Positions 60,568 through 64,000 of a stretch of 64,000 bases of DNA are shown here, one piece after another; positions within the stretch are counted from its first letter, which is position 1, and the number at the start of each line of letters is the position of its first letter. The notes beneath the pieces are model-generated. The model was given only the letters and a program-made list of their open reading frames with translations, ran no database searches and had not been told where the DNA came from. The translations under genes were made by a program, and so were the position numbers. Location: positions 248,001 through 312,000 of the IMG/VR virus record IMGVR_UViG_3300024999_000029; one strand, written 5' to 3'.

Positions 60568-61083
60568 ATGAAAAAATATAAACAATTTATCATAGGACTT
60601 TTACTTGGTTCATTATTATTTTCCACACTGGGAGTATTCGCTGCCAATGAATTAATAAATATTAAATTAAACAAACTACAAGCATTTGATTCAAATGGCA
60701 TATCAAGAATAAAATTTGAGCCAGTAACTACTTCTGGAGTAAATTACTATGAATTGCAGTTCTTTGGTCAAGGTGGGAATGAAGAAGGGATAATATCTGG
60801 AACTAATGGGAAACTTAATATTGTAGGTCGTAACAAACTTATTTTAGATGGTGGTAATGATAAGGTGTATTTTACTTCAGATGTCGATTTTCAAGGTAAG
60901 AACCTTAACTTTAGTAATGCAACGGTTAATGGATTAGACACAAATTCACATCTTCAAAAAAATCACAATCATGGAATTAAACCAGGAACAAAATTGGCTA
61001 TTACTGATGGACGAGGGAAAATTACAGGATATGTTGAATGGACTGAGGATGGAGGTTTTACTCATTCTCATAATATAGAATAA
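60568..61083 (+). CDS. Chimeric protein: signal peptide + copy of tail segment R1 + alternative His-rich tip
   Basis: N-terminal 34 aa paralogous to the 61923 minus-strand gene; middle homologous to the tail protein; ends HNHG...HSH. Confidence 0.75.
   Translation: MKKYKQFIIGLLLGSLLFSTLGVFAANELINIKLNKLQAFDSNGISRIKFEPVTTSGVNYYELQFFGQGGNEEGIISGTNGKLNIVGRNKLILDGGNDKVYFTSDVDFQGKNLNFSNATVNGLDTNSHLQKNHNHGIKPGTKLAITDGRGKITGYVEWTEDGGFTHSHNIE
60670..60899 (+). repeat. Direct repeat R1, copy B
   Basis: See copy A at 59923-60152. Confidence 0.95.
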
Positions 61084-61088
61084 TTGAC

Positions 61089-61142
61089 TATAATAAAGTT
61101 AATGGTATATTGACTAAATTGGCAGAATATGGATTATTTGAA
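61089..61142 (+). repeat. Direct repeat R2, copy B (non-coding here)
   Basis: Identical to the last codons of the tail gene but lies after the 61083 stop. Confidence 0.95.
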
Positions 61143-61173
61143 ATAGTTGATTAATAGGGGTGTTGAATATCCC

Positions 61174-61923
61174 CTATTTTAATAATGGTAAAACATTTTG
61201 AGTATAATAATTATATGGGATATAATAATGCAGAACATCTTCAGAATCAGTATATGTTGTAAATGGTATGTTATTTATTAATATATCTCCTTCTTGTATT
61301 TTATGAATAGCTTTGGCTTTAGAAGCCGACCTCATACTCTTATCTTTTTTTATATTTTCTAATTGTGTTAAATCTTTTTTATACAAACTCAAAGTATCAT
61401 TATCTTTATTTATTTTAGTGGTATATCCTACAGCAAGTTGTTTACCGCTATATTTATCAGGCTTAACATATTGGTTATATTTACTTCCTATATACCTAGT
61501 AGGCACATACTGACCGCCATCAATATACACTATGGGTAATCCATCAGAAGTTTTCTCAACATTTTTATTACGAGATTGTTCATAAGGATTAAGTGTTTTA
61601 ATATCTACTTTATCAATTTGTTCAGTTTCATAAACACCTTGAGTTACAGTAATATTCTCAGTTACACGAGCTATTTCTATATGACCGTTGGTTTGATTAA
61701 AAACAACTGGAATTTTTAAAACTTTACCAATATCTCCCAATTTCATATAGGTATAATCATTTATATTATAACCTTCAACGGCTACTTGCTCTCCATTAAA
61801 GAATATAGGATATTGATTTAGTTTGATAGTCAGTCCTAATTCATTAGTGGCAAATACTCCCAGAGTAGAAAATAATACTGAACCAATTAAAAATCCTACA
61901 GTAAATTGCTTATATTTTTTCAT
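61174..61923 (-). CDS. Secreted protein with copper-amine-oxidase-N/stalk-like domain
   Basis: GGAGG SD favours the ATG at 61923; Sec signal ending VFA; GYNINDYTYMKL.DI...L...V.F stalk motif. Confidence 0.75.
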   Translation of the reverse strand: MKKYKQFTVGFLIGSVLFSTLGVFATNELGLTIKLNQYPIFFNGEQVAVEGYNINDYTYMKLGDIGKVLKIPVVFNQTNGHIEIARVTENITVTQGVYETEQIDKVDIKTLNPYEQSRNKNVEKTSDGLPIVYIDGGQYVPTRYIGSKYNQYVKPDKYSGKQLAVGYTTKINKDNDTLSLYKKDLTQLENIKKDKSMRSASKAKAIHKIQEGDILINNIPFTTYTDSEDVLHYYIPYNYYTQNVLPLLK

Positions 61924-61966
61924 AATAACCTCCAAAAATTTAATAATTATAGTTTGTTTTATTTTC

Positions 61967-61994
61967 AGTATATCATACTGGTCGAATTTGTCAA
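61967..61994 (-). promoter_or_regulatory. SigA promoter, divergent from cptIN
   Basis: TTGACA-16 bp-TATACT with TGn on the minus strand; similar to the promoter at 60497. Confidence 0.8.
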
Positions 61995-62012
61995 TATTTT
62001 TGTCGTTAAGAC

Positions 62013-62040
62013 TTGACATGGTATTATGCTATGGTATAAT
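62013..62040 (+). promoter_or_regulatory. SigA promoter of the cptIN-type locus
   Basis: TTGACA-16 bp-TATAAT with TGn. Confidence 0.85.
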
Positions 62041-62104
62041 TAAATTAAGGACAGAATAAAATAACTTGTAATAGGAAACCCCTTGCCTGATAGTAGGGAT
62101 CTGA

Positions 62105-62225
62105 ACAAACACGCTTCACAATGTGCGGCAAAGAAACATTGTTAATACAAAAGTGCTTCACAATGTGCATTAAATTACATTGTTGATACAAACACGCTTC
62201 ACAATGTGCGGCAAAGAAACATTGT
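62105..62225 (+). ncRNA. cptI: Type III antitoxin RNA (CptI-like), about 2.9 repeats of 41-42 nt
   Basis: Units at 62105, 62147 and 62188; loop ACAATGT pairs perfectly with downstream ACATTGT in all three; stem CGC/GCG becomes TGC/GCA in unit 2. Confidence 0.85.
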
Positions 62226-62252
62226 AAGAAAGCCTTTTATGGGCTTTCTTTT
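62226..62252 (+). terminator. Terminator between cptI and cptN
   Basis: AAGAAAGCC/GGCTTTCTT stem plus T run. Confidence 0.85.
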
Positions 62253-62265
62253 ATATGAGGTACAA

Positions 62266-62793
62266 ATGAAAAAGAATGCCATATATTTTGGAAATAAAGA
62301 CATATATCAAAAAATTAGAAATGCTGGTGGAGTATGGAATGATTCTAAAGATAGACCTATTGTATGCTTGCTAGAATCAACAGAAACAATAGGCTTGTAT
62401 TGGGCTATTCCAGTGGGGAATTGGGAGCATCGAGATCAGACAGCTAAAAATAGAATTGAGAAATATGTGTCTTACCCAAAATCAGATTTAAGGTCGTGTT
62501 ACTATCATGTCGGCAAGACTAATGAAAAATCAATTTTCTTTATAAGTGATGTTATCCCTATAGCTAAAAAATACATAGATAGAGAATATAAAGGGTTTGA
62601 CAAAAAGTTGTATGTAATTAAAAATAAAAAACTCATACAATCTTTAGAAGAAAAATTAACAAGGATTTTAGCTTTTGAAGCTACAAATAATAATTATTTT
62701 AGACAACGTATTACTGATGTTAAACATGTGTTGATTGAAGAATTAGAACTAGAAAATACATTCGGAAAAGTTGCACCAATCAAAGAGGAATAA
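62266..62793 (+). CDS. cptN: Type III TA toxin, CptN family endoribonuclease
   Basis: RP.......G.YW.IP.. and S.F.I.D..PI..KYI.REY match CptN motifs; GAGG SD favours 62266 over the GTG called inside the repeats. Confidence 0.85.
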   Translation: MKKNAIYFGNKDIYQKIRNAGGVWNDSKDRPIVCLLESTETIGLYWAIPVGNWEHRDQTAKNRIEKYVSYPKSDLRSCYYHVGKTNEKSIFFISDVIPIAKKYIDREYKGFDKKLYVIKNKKLIQSLEEKLTRILAFEATNNNYFRQRITDVKHVLIEELELENTFGKVAPIKEE

Positions 62794-62805
62794 CTTACAT
62801 AATTC

Positions 62806-62829
62806 AGACCTCAACCTAGAGGTCTTTTT
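62806..62829 (+). terminator. Terminator AGACCTC/GAGGTCT
   Basis: 7-bp stem plus T run; same arms as the terminator at 53041. Confidence 0.8.
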
Positions 62830-62932
62830 CATGTAATCAAATGGTACTTTTATTGAGTTATTTAGACATCTAAGAAGGTGTCTTTTTATTTTGTTTATAA
62901 ATAAAAATATAATTATAGAAAGGATTTAAAAC

Positions 62933-63097
62933 ATGGATAACAAAAAAATCACAGACACATTAATGAACATTCACAGTACTCTTAACATTGTAGAAGTTAA
63001 AGGCAAACAGAATTTAACTTATCTAGTAGGTTGCATGAATGCAATAGAAAGTTTAGTACAAGAGATTTTAAATGAAAATGAAAACAAGTCTGAATAA
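62933..63097 (+). CDS. 54-aa conserved phage tail-module protein
   Basis: AAAGGA SD; L..V.VKG..N...L.GC...E pattern. Confidence 0.6.
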   Translation: MDNKKITDTLMNIHSTLNIVEVKGKQNLTYLVGCMNAIESLVQEILNENENKSE

Positions 63098-63113
63098 AAG
63101 GATGGTGATATAA

Positions 63114-63461
63114 ATGGCTATAAATGATTTATATACGTTAGAACAGATACAATTTATCGGGGGGTCGACTATGATGCTTGAATATTCAGTGTATGATTCA
63201 GATGGGTTGCCCGTAGATCTCAATGGTGCAACTTGCCAAATGAAATTACGCAGATATGGTTCATTTGGAAGTGATGCAGTATTAACAAAAGATGGTACTA
63301 TAATTACTTCTACAGATAATAATGTCTTTCAAGTGATTTTAAGTACAGCCGATACGCTTAGTTTGTACGGTAAATTCACACAACAAGTTATTGTTACTGA
63401 TATGAGTAGTAAACAGTTCCGTTTCCAAGGCATAATCGTTATAGATAAGTCAGTGACTTAA
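63114..63461 (+). CDS. BppU-N-like baseplate protein
   Basis: G.T....Y.V.D.DG.PVDL.GAT......V.L...DT..L.GKF..QV. Confidence 0.65.
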   Translation: MAINDLYTLEQIQFIGGSTMMLEYSVYDSDGLPVDLNGATCQMKLRRYGSFGSDAVLTKDGTIITSTDNNVFQVILSTADTLSLYGKFTQQVIVTDMSSKQFRFQGIIVIDKSVT

Positions 63462-63542
63462 TTTTAAAAATTAAAATATAATGAAGAAAATTTTTAAAAA
63501 AGAGCTATTAAATTAAAAATATAAAATAGGAGGAAAATATAA

Positions 63543-63956
63543 ATGTCTCAAACTTTTTCGATGAGTAATTCTATACTTGACCATTGGTTCGGATTAACAA
63601 GCCCAACCGTTCCTACGAATTGGTATATGGGAATTTCTACCAGTTCAATTTCCCCTGATGGATCGGGAATATCAGAACCAACATCAGATCCAAATTATGC
63701 CAGAGTAGCTATAGCAAATTCAAAAGTTAGCTTCACAACTTCATCGAATGGTTCTCTGTCTAATGCCGTACAATTCACGTTTCCAGAGTCTACTATTTCG
63801 TGGGGAACTATTACGCACTTTTTTTTATCAGATGCAGCAACGTCTGGAAATATTAAAGTTTATGGAGCTTTAACAGCCAGTAGAACAGTAGAGTCTCAAA
63901 CAACTCTGATTCTTGCTGTAGGAGCATTACAGATTAACTTACAAAATATTGCATAG
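63543..63956 (+). CDS. Phage tail/baseplate fibre-base protein
   Basis: YARV...N...I.FP..T..WGTITHF.L.DA.T.GN motif. Confidence 0.65.
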   Translation: MSQTFSMSNSILDHWFGLTSPTVPTNWYMGISTSSISPDGSGISEPTSDPNYARVAIANSKVSFTTSSNGSLSNAVQFTFPESTISWGTITHFFLSDAATSGNIKVYGALTASRTVESQTTLILAVGALQINLQNIA

Positions 63957-63968
63957 GCGGTGATGTAA

Positions 63969-64000
63969 ATGGCTCATCCACTATATCAACAAAAGTTACA
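63969..64000 (+). CDS. Start of next gene (3'-partial)
   Basis: GGCGGTGA SD, then ATG GCT CAT; runs off the window. Confidence 0.4.
   Translation, partial: MAHPLYQQKL

Noticed and set aside
59923-60899. Diversity-generating retroelement TR/VR pair
   Set aside because: Only 13 of the 31 mismatches are at adenines of copy A, many are at C, G or T in both copies, and no reverse transcriptase is present in the window.
61924-62019. N-terminal extension of the minus-strand ORF
   Set aside because: It overlaps that gene's own promoter; the SD and signal peptide begin at 61923.
62105-62225. CRISPR array
   Set aside because: Units are contiguous with no unique spacers, there are no cas genes, and the promoter-repeat-terminator-toxin layout fits type III TA.
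62206-62265. Longer toxin N-terminus from GTG 62206
   Set aside because: It starts inside repeat 3, crosses the terminator and has no SD; ATG 62266 has one.
1-64000. tRNA/rRNA genes, att sites, lysis genes
   Set aside because: No cloverleaf, rRNA-like stretch, prophage boundary or endolysin motif was recognised by eye; a tRNAscan/Infernal run would be needed to exclude them formally.

Overview
AT-rich 64 kb segment of a large temperate siphophage or prophage of a Bacillota (probably Clostridia) host, with SPbeta-like gene order. Nearly all genes are on the + strand: terminase, portal, prohead protease/scaffold, major capsid, head-tail and major tail genes, then about 26 kb of modular accessory structural genes, a tyrosine recombinase, tape measure protein (TMP), Dit, a Tal-like tail protein and baseplate-like genes. 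Mobile elements: a complete IS66 (5801-8272, 8-bp target duplication), a group I intron splitting the TMP gene (46637-47852) with a nested endonuclease, and two related free-standing zinc-ribbon endonucleases. The accessory cassettes are the most notable content. (1) A PBECR4-like nuclease gene sits behind a promoter, tandem 33-nt pseudoknot-like repeats and a terminator, which is type III toxin-antitoxin architecture with a toxin outside the known type III families. It shares a 25-bp identical promoter core with (2) a CptIN-type type III TA locus 5.5 kb downstream. (3) An agr-like cassette contains AgrB, a 16-aa leaderless peptide ORF and a kinase-less membrane protein. (4) A duplicated alternative tail-tip segment is fused to a signal peptide. 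(5) A PemK-like toxin has a small upstream ORF. Family calls come from motif recognition by eye; no database search was run.
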